Position numbers and translations under genes: made by a program
Source: Deltaproteobacteria bacterium
GTDB lineage: Bacteria; JADJOY01
NCBI GenBank assembly: GCA_016713535.1
Contig: JADJOY010000027.1
Location: forward strand, 141,026-205,025
Length of the DNA stretch: 64,000 nt
Direction: 5' to 3'
Notes under the pieces: model-generated
What the model was told of the DNA's origin: nothing
Databases searched by the model: none
Seen by the model: only the letters and a program-made list of their open reading frames with translations
Part shown: positions 27,863 through 39,180 of the stretch, piece after piece
Layout: each line of letters begins with the position of its first letter
How positions within the stretch are numbered: position 1 is the stretch's first letter

Positions 27863-29198
27863 ATGCCGACCGCGCTGATCGTCGATGACGACACGACCTC
27901 ACGCGAATCGCTGAGCGAATGGGTGGGCGAGCAGGGCTTCGCGACCCATCAGGCCGACGACCTGCCGAGCGGTCGCGAGATCATCGCCAGCGATCGGATC
28001 GACCTCGCCCTCCTCGACCTCGACCTGCCCTCGGGCAGCGGCCTCGAGCTGCTCCCCGATCTCGAGAAGCAACCGTCGGTCGACGTCATCTTCGTCACCG
28101 GCTACTCGACGGTCGACTCGGCGGTGGAGGCGTTCCGCAGCGGCGCCGTCGACTACCTCACCAAGCCCGTCGACCTGAAGCGCCTGAAGAAGCTGCTCGA
28201 TCGCGCCCGCCGCACCGCCGAGCTCAACGCCGAGATCGGCAACCTCCGCCAGGAGCTGCGCGGCCTGGGACGGTTCGTGAAGCTGATCGGCACCTCGCCG
28301 CCGATGCAGCACGTCTACGACCTCATCGAGCGCGTCGCCCCCACCGACGCCACCGTGCTCGTGACCGGCGAGACCGGCACCGGCAAAGAGGTGGTCGCGC
28401 AGACCATTCACGCGCTGAGCCGGCGCGCGCGCTCGCCGTTCGTGCCGATCAACTGCGGCGCGGTCGCGCCGACGCTCATCGAGTCCGAGCTCTTTCGGCC
28501 ACGAGCGCGGCAGCTTCACGGGCGCCGAGCGCGCCCACAAAGGCGTGTTCGAACGCGCGACCGGCGGCACGCTCTTCCTCGACGAGATCACCGAGATGCC
28601 GCTCGAGCTACAGGTGAAGCTCCTGCGCACGCTCGAGATGGGCGCCGTGCGACGCGTCGGCGGCGACGGCGAGATCGAGATCGACGTGCGCGTGGTCGCC
28701 GCCACCAACGTCGACCCACAGAAGGCGGTGGCGCAGGGAAAGCTGCGCGAGGACCTCCTCTACCGGCTGCTGATCTTCCCGATCCACCTGCCGCCGCTGC
28801 GCGAGCGTCGCGGCGACATCCCGCTCCTCGCGCAGCACGTGGTCAACACGCTCAACGCCAAGGGCGAGACCAACAAGCACGTCTCGCCGGCGGCCTTCGA
28901 CCGCCTGCAGGCCTACACCTGGCCCGGCAACGTGCGCCAGCTCAAGCACGTCCTCGAGCGCGCGTACATCCTCGCCCGCGACGAGATCGGGGTGACCTGC
29001 ATCCAGCTCGGTGACAGCCCACCGCCGCGCACCGGATCGGCCTCGGTGGAGGTCGGGTCGTCGATCGCCGAGATGGAGAAGCGGCTGATCCTCGCGACCC
29101 TCGAGCACACCGCCGGCGACAAGAAACAGACCGCCAAGCTGCTCGGCATCAGCCTCAAGACGCTCTACAACCGCCTCAACGCCTACGCGCACCACTGA
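27863..29198 (+). CDS. sigma-54-dependent response regulator (REC-AAA+-Fis HTH), apparent frameshift at 28493-28495
   Basis: The REC domain starts [10 protein letters not shown]. The AAA+ region has GETGTGKE and [15 protein letters not shown]. The C-terminal HTH is [19 protein letters not shown]. The two ORFs join if ctc ttt cgg is read as ctc ttc ggc (one extra T). Confidence 0.88.
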
Positions 29199-29204
29199 GC
29201 GGCC

Positions 29205-29480
29205 CCGCCCCCTCGGAGGGACGGCCTTTACGCGGGAGAGACCGCGACGCCCCCTCGGAGGGATGGCCTCCTGGCCGTCCGACCACGCTGCGGCCCGCCG
29301 GGAGGCGGTCCCTCCGAAACCGGGAGCGACCGCGACGTACCTTCTGCGTCCGACACGGGGCGAGATCGCGACGCTCCTCGGAGGGACGGCCTCCGGCCGT
29401 CCGCCCGGGCTGCGGCCCGCCGGGAGGCGGGCCCTCCGAGGCGGCGATCCGCGCGCACGCGGGCTCGCACCCCTTCCATT
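29205..29480. repeat. hairpin-repeat cluster
   Basis: Repeated CTCGGAGGGACGGCCTCC.GGCCGTCC and GCTGCGGCCCGCCGGGAGGCGG.CCCTCCGA modules, the latter at about 29290 and 29415. Confidence 0.8.
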
Positions 29481-29689
29481 GTAGAAACGTTTCCGGCCCA
29501 CCCGTGACGTGAAAACGTTTCCGCCTTGTTTTCATAACGATTTCGACGCTCGCTCGGCGCCCGCCTGCGGGCGTTCGCCCGGGGTATGGAACCTGCACTT
29601 CTGCGGGTCGATCGGGTTTTCGGCGGCGATCTCGCCGTCGCGGTCCCGAGCTGACTCACCGTCCACGAGACGTCAGGAGAACGAGAGCC

Positions 29690-29854
29690 ATGCTGAGCTG
29701 GGCCGCCACATTCCTCATCATCGCGATCATCGCCGCCGTGCTGGGCTTCGGCGGCATCGCCGGTAGCGCGGCGTCGATCGCCAAGGTCCTCTTCCTCGTC
29801 TTCCTGGTGCTGTTCGTCGTGGCGCTGATCCGCGGGCGCACACCTCCGGCGTGA
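29690..29854 (+). CDS. DUF1328-family small membrane protein (54 aa; below the ORF-track cutoff)
   Basis: [54 protein letters not shown] is a near-consensus DUF1328/UPF0391 sequence. An AGGAGA ribosome-binding site lies upstream. Confidence 0.85.
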   Translation: MLSWAATFLIIAIIAAVLGFGGIAGSAASIAKVLFLVFLVLFVVALIRGRTPPA

Positions 29855-29935
29855 CGTCCCCCGGGCCCTTCGCCGCCAACCCGAAGCGCGACCGCGAGCG
29901 CAGCGCGACGCCCGGCGCCCCCGAGGACCCCGACC

Positions 29936-30400
29936 ATGAGGCCGTATCGATCGCTCTACGCCGCGCTCTTCGCCGCCGCCACGCTGCTACCCGCCTGCGG
30001 AGGTGACGACCCCGGGACCAACTTCACGATCACGGACGACCTCGACGACTCGATCTACGTCTACGACTTCGACGAGGCCGCGGTCGCGGTCCGCTACTTC
30101 AGCGCCACCAACAGCGTGGTGGCGGTGGCGGACTCGTACAACGGCCTCTTCAGCGTCGGCATCATCGGCCAGCCGATCGGCGCCGACAGCTTCCAGGTGC
30201 TCGGCGCCGCCGTCGACAGCAACAACAACGACAACTTCCTCGACGAGACGCTGATCCCGGTGACGCGCAGCTCGAACGGTGCCTTTTCGGACAACGTCCG
30301 GCACCTGACCCTCGACGTGGACGTGCTCGTGAACGGCACCTCGATCACCTTCGGGGATCGCGGCCGCCTCGACCACACCGAAGACGTCCCGCCGCTGTGA
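29936..30400 (+). CDS. hypothetical lipoprotein
   Basis: Signal peptide with lipobox LLPAC|GG. 154 aa. No family recognised. Confidence 0.6.
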   Translation: MRPYRSLYAALFAAATLLPACGGDDPGTNFTITDDLDDSIYVYDFDEAAVAVRYFSATNSVVAVADSYNGLFSVGIIGQPIGADSFQVLGAAVDSNNNDNFLDETLIPVTRSSNGAFSDNVRHLTLDVDVLVNGTSITFGDRGRLDHTEDVPPL

Positions 30401-30565
30401 CGGCGTGAAGAGCACCCCGCGAGGATCGGCGCACCGGAGCAGGCGCGAGACCCTCGCGGGGCGCCGCCGCCCGACCGCGCGTGCCCCCCCGACGAGCACG
30501 CCCGCCGCGCCCGCGCCGCGCCCCGGACCCACCGCACTCGTCCCACGGACGGCCCACTCGCCTCG

Positions 30566-32690
30566 ATGGAAACATTCGGTCCGGCACCGCACGAGTCGGT
30601 GCTGCTGTTGCTGGTGCGCGTCGCCCTCCTGCTCGCGTCCGCACGCTGCCTCGGCGAGCTCGCCGGGCGGCTCGGGCAGCCCGCGGTGGTGGGGGAGCTC
30701 GCCGCCGGCGTGCTGCTCGGCCCCTCGTTCCTGGGACGCGCGCCCGGGCTGGGTGCCGTGCTGCTCCCGCACGAGGCGATCGACGGCCCGCTGCTCGAGG
30801 TGATCTCGCTCCTCGGCGCGCTCTTCCTGCTCGTCCTGACCGGCATCGAGACCGACCTGCGGCTGATGCGGCGCCACGCGCGCACCGCGTTCGGCGTGTC
30901 GTTCGGCGGCGTCGTGGTGTGCTTCTCGCTCGGCCTCCTCCTCGGCCACGCGATGCCCGACGAGCTCCTCGCCGATCCCGCGCGTCGCACCACCTTCATG
31001 CTGTTCCTCGCCACCGCGCTCTCGATCTCCGCGATCCCCGTGATCGCCAAGGTGCTGCTCGACCTCGGCCTGTTCCGCCGCGACGTCGGCCAGACCATCC
31101 TCGCCGCGGGGATGTCCGACGACTCGACCGGCTGGATCCTGCTGTCGCTCGTCGCCGGGCTCGCGAGCGGCCAGGCGCTCACGGTGGCCGGTGTCGCGCT
31201 GCAGGTCGGCAAGGTGCTCGGCTTCCTCGCGATCTCGGCGACCGTGGGCGTGTGGCTGGTGCGCCGGCTCCTCGACCTGGCGCTCGATCGCCTCACCGGC
31301 CGCTATCAGCTCGTGACCGTGGTGGTGGTGCTGATGCTGGCGTGGGGCGCCGCGTCGCAGGCGCTCGGCCTCGAGGCGGCGCTCGGTGCCTTCGTGGTGG
31401 GCGTGATCCTCGGCCACCTGCCGCGCTTGCCGGACCACGTGCAGCAGTCGCTCGAGGTGGTGAGCCTCGGCATCTTCTCGCCGGTCTTCTTCGCGGTCGC
31501 GGGGCTCAAGGTGGACGTGCTCGCGCTCGCCGACCCGCGCGTGCTCGGGTGGTCGGCGGCGGTGCTCGCGGTGGCGTCGCTCGGCAAGGTCGGGGGCACC
31601 TACCTGGGCGCGCGCCTCATCGGCCGCAAGGACCACTGGACCGCGCTTCGCCTTCGGCGCCGGCCTCAACGCGCGCGGCGCGATGGAGATCATCGTCGCC
31701 ACCATCGGGCTCTCGCTCGGGATCCTGAGCCGAGACGTGTTCTCGATGATCGTCATCATGGCGATCGCCACGTCGGTGCTCGCGCCACCCGCGCTGCGCT
31801 GGGTCCTCGGCCACGTGAAGCCCGACGCCGAGGAGAACGAGCGGCTCGAGCGCGAGGCGGCGGTCGCGGGCTCGTTCCCGTCCACGATCCGGCGCGTGCT
31901 GCTACCCGTGCGTCCACGCCAGGACGGAGGCGAGATCCTGGAGATCGAGCGCCACGTCCTCGAGCGCCTCGCCAGCGAGCACGACGTCACCGCGACCTTG
32001 CTCACCGTGGCCACCGCGGCCGAGCGCGAGAGCGCCGAGCAGATGCTCGGCGGCACTCGCGAGCGGCTCGCGCTGCCGAACCTCACCACCAAGGTCGTCG
32101 AGGCCGACGCCCCCGGCGAGGCGGTGCTCGCCGAGGCGCAGAAGCACTACGACCTGGTCATCCTCGGCGCGACCCAGCGCGGCGCGGGCGAGCGGCTCTT
32201 CTCGCCGCTGGTCGACGAGCTGGTGCGCTACTCGCCGTGCGCGACGCTGGTCGTGCAGGGAGGCGCCGAGCGCGCCTCGTGGAAGCCGCGCCGCATCCTG
32301 GTGCCGACCAACGGCGGCAGCGCGTCGCGGCGCGCGGCCGAGCTCGCGTTCGCGCTCATGGAGGGCGTGGGCGGACGGGTCACGGTGCTGCACGTGTTGC
32401 GACCGACGGTTCGCGGCGTGCGGACCTGGCGCGCGCGCGAGACCGCGAGCGAGATCGTCGAGGACCTGCGCACCCTCGGCGACGCGCTCGGCATCCGCGT
32501 GGCGGCGGAGGTGCGCGTGGGCCACGCACCCGAGCAGGTGATCGTGGAGGAGGCGCGCGCAGGGAGGACCGACGTGGTGGTGCTCGGCACCGACCTCCGG
32601 CCAGGCTCGAGCCGCCTCCACTTCGGGCCGCGGGTCGAGCGCATCCTCGAGGGCGCGCCGTGCCCGGTGATGGTGTTGAACGTGCCGTGA
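30566..32690 (+). CDS. CPA2-type cation:proton antiporter fused to tandem universal-stress-protein domains (apparent frameshift at 31647-31648)
   Basis: The Kef/NapA-like TM domain ends ...GARLIGRKDHWTAL / AFGAGLNARGAMEIIVATIGL... and the join needs one T fewer. The C-terminal ~280 aa form two USP-like modules (...VILGATQRG...LVV, ...VVVLGTDLRP...VMVL). Confidence 0.85.
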
Positions 32691-32790
32691 GGGTCGGCGG
32701 GGTGGCGGAGTGGGTTACGCGCCGCGCGGGGTCGCGAGGCGCGCGACTCACGGACACTCGCCACCGGATTCCGGGCGGAGCCGCTGCTCG

Positions 32791-32872
32791 CGGGGGCGCG
32801 GAGGCCCCCGCGCTACGAAAGCGTCACGATGGCCTGCCCTCCTAGCGACGGGTGGTCTACACCCCGTCGTCC
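32791..32872 (+). repeat. degenerate REP-A copy
   Basis: CGGGGGCGCGGAGGCCCCCGCGCTACGAAAGCG...CTAGCGACGGGTGGTCTACACCCCGTCGTCC. Confidence 0.6.
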
Positions 32873-33019
32873 GCCGGAGCCTATGCGGAGTCGTCTCGCG
32901 CGGTCGATGGTGTCACGTGCGTCGGGACCGGTTTGCCCGACCCATTCCTAGCGCTTCGGCACGAAGCTGGACACCTTGTTTCCTCGCTTGGCAGCCGCCG
33001 GTCTCACCCACCCCGCTCG

Positions 33020-34823
33020 ATGGTGACCCCCCTGATCTCCACCGCGAAGCGGCGCGCCACGATGCGCGCTCTGCTGCGGGCGCGCGACAGCGTCACGCTC
33101 CTCGACGGGGCGCTCGCGAACGACGAGGACGTCACCCGCAGCCGGGTGCGCACGGAGCGCCTGGGCGAGGCGCTCGGCATCCCCGATCCAGACCGCGGCG
33201 AGCTCGCCACGCTGGTCGGCGAGCTCGCGCAGACCGCGGCGCGCCACGGCGGCGGCCAGATCGAGTTCGTGCTCACGTGGGGGAACCGCGAGCCGATGTT
33301 CCTGATCGAGATAAGTGACCGAGGCGACGGCCTCGCCGAGCTGAACGGAAGCGCCAACGGCGGCGCGCGCGCCCGCCTCGACCACTTCCACGTCGCGACC
33401 ACCCCCGGCGCCGGCACCGCCGTGCAGCTCGGCCGCGTCCTCCGCGAAGCGAGCCTGCTCTCCGACGACCTCCTGCGCGGCCTCACCGGCGGCGCGGGCG
33501 CCGACACCCCCCTCGACCCGGCGAGCGACGTGCACCGCCGCACCCGCGAGCTGCTGCGCTCGCTCGCCGCGATGCGCCGCCACTGGGCCGACGTGCAGCA
33601 GTCGGCGCGCCGGCTCACCCTCCTCGATCGCCTCGGCGAGGTGTTCGGTCCGCTCCAGCCGACCGACGTCTTGCTGCGTTCGCTGGCGCTGACGCTGGTG
33701 CCGAGCTGGGTCGACGGCTGTGTCGCGATCCTCGACGAAACCAAGGGCGAGCGCGTCCACGAGGTGGTCGCACTGGCACCCGCCGGCGCCGCTCCCGACG
33801 CCACGCCGGTGGTTCACCAGACCGTCTCGGGGGGTGAGAACCCCGCCGACCTCGGTCTCGAGCCGGCGACCGCCAGTCGCGCCGAACCGTCCGCGGTGCG
33901 CAGCGCGCTCGAGCGCGCCGCGTCCACCGCCGGCACCGACCTCGCCGCCCACCTCGAGCACGTGGTGGTCGCGCCGCTTCGCTATCGAGGCGAGCCGCTC
34001 GGCGTGCTCGGCGTGTTCCGGCCGCAACGCCCCCTTCTCCGCCGACGATCAGGGGCTGGTGGCGTCGATCGCGGACCGGCTCGCGGTCAGCCATCACAAC
34101 GCCCGCCTGTTCGCGACGGCGCAGGGCGCCACCCAGTCGCGCGACCGCGTGCTGTGGATGGTCGCACACGAGCTGCGCCGCCCGCTCAACGGGCTCTCGC
34201 TCGGGATCGAGAGCCTCAAGGACACGCGCGACCCCGAGTCCGAGGCGCGCTCGATCGCCCGCCTCGAGGACTCGGTCGCGCGAATGGACCGGCTGGTCGG
34301 GGACCTCCTCGACGTATCGAGCTTCGAGCGCGGCTTGCTCTCGCTCACCCTCCGTCCGCTCGACCTGGCCCCCCTCGTGGCCGAGGTGATCGCCGAGCTG
34401 ACTCCCCGATTCGAGGAGGGGGGCGTCTCGATCGCCGCCACCATCGACCCGGACCTGCCGCGGGTGCGCGGCGACCGCTACCGGCTCCAGCAAGTGCTCG
34501 GCAACCTCCTCGACAACGCGCTCAACCACGCGCCGCGCGGCACCGCCGTGGAGGTGAAGGTGACGCGCGGCCGAGGAAAGCGCGTCGGCATCACCGTCCG
34601 CGACCACGGCCCCGGCATCCCGCGCGAGGAGCAGGCGCACGTGTTCAACGCGTTCTTCCGCGGCAGCCGCGCGCGGCGACGGGGCATGGGGCTCGGGCTG
34701 ATGCTCGCGCGCGAGATCGTGCTCGGGCACGGCGGGCGGATCTGGCTACGCTCGCGCCCCGGCGAGGGCGCGACGTTCCACTTCAGCTTGCCGGTGGACG
34801 GAAGCTCGTCCAGGCATCCGTAG
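33020..34823 (+). CDS. sensor histidine kinase (N-terminal RsbW/SpoIIAB-like ATPase-type domain, GAF, HisKA, HATPase_c), apparent frameshift at 34018-34019
   Basis: The H-box is MVAHELRRPLNGL. N/G boxes are LLDNALNHAP, DHGPGIP and GMGLGL. ORFs 32852.. and 33720..34823 join at ...EPLGVLGVF / GRNAPFSADDQ if one C is removed. The start at 33020 or 33062 is uncertain. Confidence 0.8.
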
Positions 34824-34970
34824 CGCCGGCGCCGGCGCCCGCGCCCATCCTCGACGAGGCGCTCGAGCTCCGGCGGTGCGGCCCGACAGCGGGCCGGGGA
34901 GGGCCAGCCGGGGGCGCCTTCTTTCCCGAGCGTTGGCGATCGAGACTGCGCACTCGAGGGGGCGCGGCGC

Positions 34971-36029
34971 ATGAACATCCGGCCAACATCTCCACTGGCG
35001 AGCGGCGTGACGCTGGCGCTCGCGTCCGCCGTGCTGTTCGGGATGACGACGCCCATCATCGGGCGGGTCGGGCGCGGGCTCGACCCGCTCACGACCGCGT
35101 CCCTGCTCTATGCGGGCGCAGCCGTCGGCGCTCTCGCGCTGCGCGTCACGAGCCGCGCGGCTGGCCGCCGCGTGACTCGCGCGAGCCTGCCCCGGCTGTT
35201 GGTGGTCTCGCTGTTCGGTGCGGCGCTCGCGCCAGGCCTCCTCGCGTGGGGCATCGCGGACGCGGGCGCGACCGCCGCGTCGCTGGTGCTCAACCTGGAA
35301 GCGATCGTGACCGTGCTGCTCGCGAACCTCGTGTTCTCCGAGCCGATCGGGAGGCGGGTGTGGGGCGCGATGCTGGCGATGCTGGCTGGCGGCGTGCTGC
35401 TCGCCCTCGACGTCGCGACCCGCTCGCCCACCCACCTGATCGGGTTGCTCGCGGTCGGCGGCGCCACGGTGGCCTGGGCGACCGACAACACCCTCACGCG
35501 GGGGCTTGCCGAGGAGGACCCGCTCGAGGTCGTGATGGCGAAGGGCGCGCTGGGCTCGACGCTGACCGGAGGCCTGGCTGTCGCGTTCGGCGGACCGAGC
35601 CCCTCGCTTTCGCAGATCGGGTGGCTCGGCGTCTGCGGCGCGACCGGCTACGGCTTGTCGCTGCGCCTCTACCTGCTGTCGCAACGGCGCATGGGAGCCG
35701 CACGCACCGGCTCGGTGTTCGCGGTGGGTCCCTTCGTCGGAGCCACGATCGGCTGGTTGCTCGGCGATCGCACGGCGGGTCCCGGCACCGTCGCGGGAGC
35801 GGTCGCGTTCGCGCTCGGCGTCTACCTCCATTTATCCGAACGGCACTCGCACGGGCACCGGCACGCCGCCCAGCACCACTCCCACGCGCACCGGCACGAT
35901 GACGGTCACCACCAGCACGACCACCATCCTGCGGTCATGGGCGAGCACACGCACGAGCACGACCACGGGGCTCTGGAGCACGAGCACGAGCACGCCCCGG
36001 ATCTACATCATGGCCATCGCCACGGCTGA
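34971..36029 (+). CDS. DMT/EamA-family transporter with histidine-rich C-terminal tail
   Basis: About 10 TM segments with EamA-like repeats, followed by HLSERHSHGHRHAAQHHSHAHRHDDGHHQHDHHPAVMGEHTHEHDHGALEHEHEHAPDLHHGHRHG. Confidence 0.8.
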   Translation: MNIRPTSPLASGVTLALASAVLFGMTTPIIGRVGRGLDPLTTASLLYAGAAVGALALRVTSRAAGRRVTRASLPRLLVVSLFGAALAPGLLAWGIADAGATAASLVLNLEAIVTVLLANLVFSEPIGRRVWGAMLAMLAGGVLLALDVATRSPTHLIGLLAVGGATVAWATDNTLTRGLAEEDPLEVVMAKGALGSTLTGGLAVAFGGPSPSLSQIGWLGVCGATGYGLSLRLYLLSQRRMGAARTGSVFAVGPFVGATIGWLLGDRTAGPGTVAGAVAFALGVYLHLSERHSHGHRHAAQHHSHAHRHDDGHHQHDHHPAVMGEHTHEHDHGALEHEHEHAPDLHHGHRHG

Positions 36030-36501
36030 GCTGCGAGGCTCGGGGCGGCGCGTCACGGCGAACAAGTGGTCCTTCGACGTGGCGCGACGGCCGCACCGAT
36101 CACGTCGCATCTCGAGACGCGATGGACCACGCTCGCCGAGCCGCACGCCTCATCGGTTGTACGTGGGTCGTACGGCCGGTGGTGCGCCGCCGGGGCCGTG
36201 CCTGACATGCCGATCGCAACAGCCGCGCGCCCCGGCACCTCAGTCCCCCGTCGGCGACGCTGCCACACGCAACAACAGCAGCGACGCAGCAGCGAGGAGG
36301 AGCGCCGCACCAACCGCCAGAACGATCGCCGCGTTCCTCACGATTCGCAGCGCCGCGCGGAACGGCAATGCCGCGGCGCGCGGGACGTCGGGCCGCCCCG
36401 AGTCGTCCGACGCGTCGGCGGCAGTCGCCGCCATCTGCAGGGGCGCGGCCGGCGCCCACGGAGGCGGTCGGCGATCTCGCCGTCGCCTCGACCTCACGCT
36501 C

Positions 36502-37854
36502 ATGGCTTTCTGCCTCGCAGCTGCATCATGCAGCCACGACTCGCGGTCTGCCGTCGGCTTCCAACTGCATCATCCTCGCGCCGAGGGGGCCCCGTTGCGA
36601 ATCGCGTTCGTCTCCCGCTACGCCACCCCGTTTCATCGCTACGGCGGGCTCGAGCGTTACGCCGCCGACGTCGTGCGTCACCTCTCGGCTCTCGGGGCGA
36701 CGGTCGAGCTCTTCTGCGAGCCGGCCGAACTCTCGTTCGATGCCACCGCCGTCTCGCAGCCGGCTCCGGGTGCCGTCCACTTCGTGGATCACCACACGCT
36801 GCCGGGTCTCGGCAACCGGCCCGGACGAGTGATTCTCGACCGCATCACGAATTACTTCCTGTTCGCCGCTGCCGCGGCGGCGCGGGTCGTCGAGCTGCAT
36901 GCAACTCGACCCTTCGACGTGGTGTACGCACAAGGCCTGGGAGCGTGGGGCGTGGCGTGCCACGCCGAGCGCCGAGCGGCGACTGCACCGCCTCTGGTCG
37001 TGATCAACCACGGCATGGAGGAGTTCAAGACGGTGCAACCCATGAAGCGCCTCCTCTACGGTCCCTTTCGTGCGGGCATCCGGCGCTCGAGCCGGGCGGC
37101 CTCCGCGGTCATCGCGGCCGACGAGGGTGCCCGGGCCGAGTCCGAAGCCCTTCTTGGCTTCACGCCGCGGCGATGGGCCATCGTGCCGGCTGGAATCGAC
37201 CTGGAGCGGATCGAGGGCCTCCGGGATCCGGAGGTGGAGCACGCCTGGCGGGCTCGCCTGGGCCTCGATCAGGGCCGCCCGTTGATTCTCAGCGTCGGCC
37301 GGCTCGAACGCAACAAAGGGTTCGAGGTCGCGATCGAGGCGCTGTCACGCGCGACGGTGGGTCTGCCTGCCAGGTGGCAGTGGGCGGTGGTGGGGGCTGG
37401 AAGCCAGGCCGATTCGTTGGCCAAGGGCGTTGTGGAAGCCCGCCTGGAGGAGCACGTCACGTTCGTGGGCGCGGTCAGCGACCGAGAGCTCCACAACCTC
37501 TACGCCCTTGCCGACTTGTTCATACACCCCACGCTGTTCGAAGGAACGTCGATCGTGACCCAGGAGGCAATGGCGCACGCGTTGCCGATCGTCGCGAGCG
37601 CAGCGGGCGGTATCCCGGCGAAGATCACGGACGGGAAGACGGGCGTCTTGGTCCCGCCCGGGGATGCCGATGCATTGAGCCGAGCCGTCCTGGAGACGCT
37701 GAATCGCCCAGATCGCGGGCGCGAGCTCGGTCTGGCCGCGCGAGCCGCGGTCGCACGCCGGCTGGCTTGGCCAGCGGTGGCGACGCAGTTGCTCGGCGTG
37801 CTGGGCGACGTGGCGGCGGAACCTCCGTGGCGACGAGCTGGCGCCGACCGGTGA
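36502..37854 (+). CDS. GT4-family glycosyltransferase
   Basis: Typical GT4 C-terminal half (SVGRLERNKGFEVAIEAL...FIHPTLFEGTSIVTQEAMAHALPIVASAAGGIP...GVLVPPGD). The start is uncertain: ATG at 36502, or a later TTG before LRIAFVS. Confidence 0.8.
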   Translation: MAFCLAAASCSHDSRSAVGFQLHHPRAEGAPLRIAFVSRYATPFHRYGGLERYAADVVRHLSALGATVELFCEPAELSFDATAVSQPAPGAVHFVDHHTLPGLGNRPGRVILDRITNYFLFAAAAAARVVELHATRPFDVVYAQGLGAWGVACHAERRAATAPPLVVINHGMEEFKTVQPMKRLLYGPFRAGIRRSSRAASAVIAADEGARAESEALLGFTPRRWAIVPAGIDLERIEGLRDPEVEHAWRARLGLDQGRPLILSVGRLERNKGFEVAIEALSRATVGLPARWQWAVVGAGSQADSLAKGVVEARLEEHVTFVGAVSDRELHNLYALADLFIHPTLFEGTSIVTQEAMAHALPIVASAAGGIPAKITDGKTGVLVPPGDADALSRAVLETLNRPDRGRELGLAARAAVARRLAWPAVATQLLGVLGDVAAEPPWRRAGADR

Positions 37855-37929
37855 GCTGGCGTCCCAGGTGGACGGCGGCGGCAGTCGCTGCCCGATCCAC
37901 TCGCGGCCGATTCGCCCGACGGGGCCAGC

Positions 37930-39113
37930 TCACGGGCGCGGGTGAGTGGGACAGACTGCGGACACGTCCTTGCCCCACGCGGCCTCGACGCGGGCTTCCG
38001 TCCCGATCGACCAACCGTAGCGCGAGCTGACCATCTGCGCCGCAGAGCGCCCGATGGTTCGCCGGAGGTCCCCGTCGAGCGCCAGCTTCTCGATCCCGTC
38101 GGCGAGCGACTCGGGGTTGGCCTCTGCCAGCCAGCCCGTCACTCGATGCTCCAGGATCTCGGTCGGTCCGCCCTCCGCGACGCTGACCACCGCCAGTCCG
38201 CTGGCGAGAGCGTCCAGCAGCGACAAACCGAAGCTCTCGAGCCGACCGGTGTGGAGGTAGAGATCCGCCTCCGCGTATGCCGCGGGGAGATCGGCGTCAG
38301 GCACGAATCCGCGGAACGACACGAGGCTCGCGAGACCGAGCCGCGACGCCTCGCCTTCGAGCGCCTGGCGCTCGGGCCCCTCGCCCACGATGCAGCCGCG
38401 GATGGGGAGGCCACGCTCCCGCAGCACGGCGAGCGTCTGAAGAAAGAGGCCGACTCGCTTGCGCGGGTGCAGGTAGTTGACCGTCATCACGGTCAACGGC
38501 GCGCGCTCGGGGCGTTGCAGGAAGGCCAGCTCCGGGCCGTGCTGGATGACGATCGCGGACCGTCCGTACGCGCGCTCGATCTCGCTTCGTCCGAACACGC
38601 CCTGCGTCAGCACGGCGTCGGCAGCACTCACGAACGCCCGAGCCAGATGCCGGTAAACCGCGAACGCGGGCCGCAGCACCATGCGTGCGACGGAGCTCAC
38701 TCGCCTCAGGATGTCCTCACGATCGCGGTCGAGAAACCGGGGCGGCTCGAAGCAGAAGTGAAGACATCGGTTCCGCGCCCGGCGCACCCGCTTGAACCAG
38801 AAGAGCGCGGGGAGAGAAGCGCCGAAGAACACGCACGGCGCCTCATCCGATTCGACCCGATCGAGGAGCTCGAACGACGAGAGGTAGTCGAGCACCGCAT
38901 TCAAGTAGCGATTGCCGAAACGATCGAGCGAGCGCCCGCGGCGACGACGCGGATTCCGCTGGCCTCGGCGATCTGGCGAGCGCTGGGGTGCATCGTGTGA
39001 CAGACGAGCACCGGCTCGAACCCGCGGCGGCGGAGCTCCCGCGCCAGGCTCAAGATCAGGCGCTCCGCGCCCGACAACACCTTGAACCGAGCGAAAATCA
39101 GGTAGATCCGCAT
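37930..39113 (-). CDS. GT4-family glycosyltransferase (apparent frameshift near 38935)
   Basis: The N-terminal ORF 38901..39113 (MRIYLIFARFKVLSGAERLILSLAREL...) and the long ORF 37930.. join at ...IRVVAAGA / RSLDRFGNRYL.... The C-terminal half has the EX7E-like block LHTGRLESFGLSLLDALASGLAVV. Confidence 0.8.
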
Positions 39114-39180
39114 CGTTCCCTCTTCGCTCGCTTCCGGGACTCACGGCCGCCGCCGCGCACTCGCCGCCGGCGCGGCGTGG

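Noticed and set aside
32852-35902. A 1016-aa ORF spanning the histidine kinase and the DMT transporter region
   Set aside because: Only its first ~390 codons, from 33020 onward, are the real kinase N-terminus. After the frameshift at 34018 it is an out-of-frame read-through across two other genes.
36240-36503. An 87-aa minus-strand ORF with a C-terminal hydrophobic helix between the DMT transporter and the GT4 gene
   Set aside because: It could be a small membrane protein, but the N-terminus is Arg/Pro-rich, there is no ribosome-binding site and no family resemblance. It cannot be told apart from a high-GC chance ORF.
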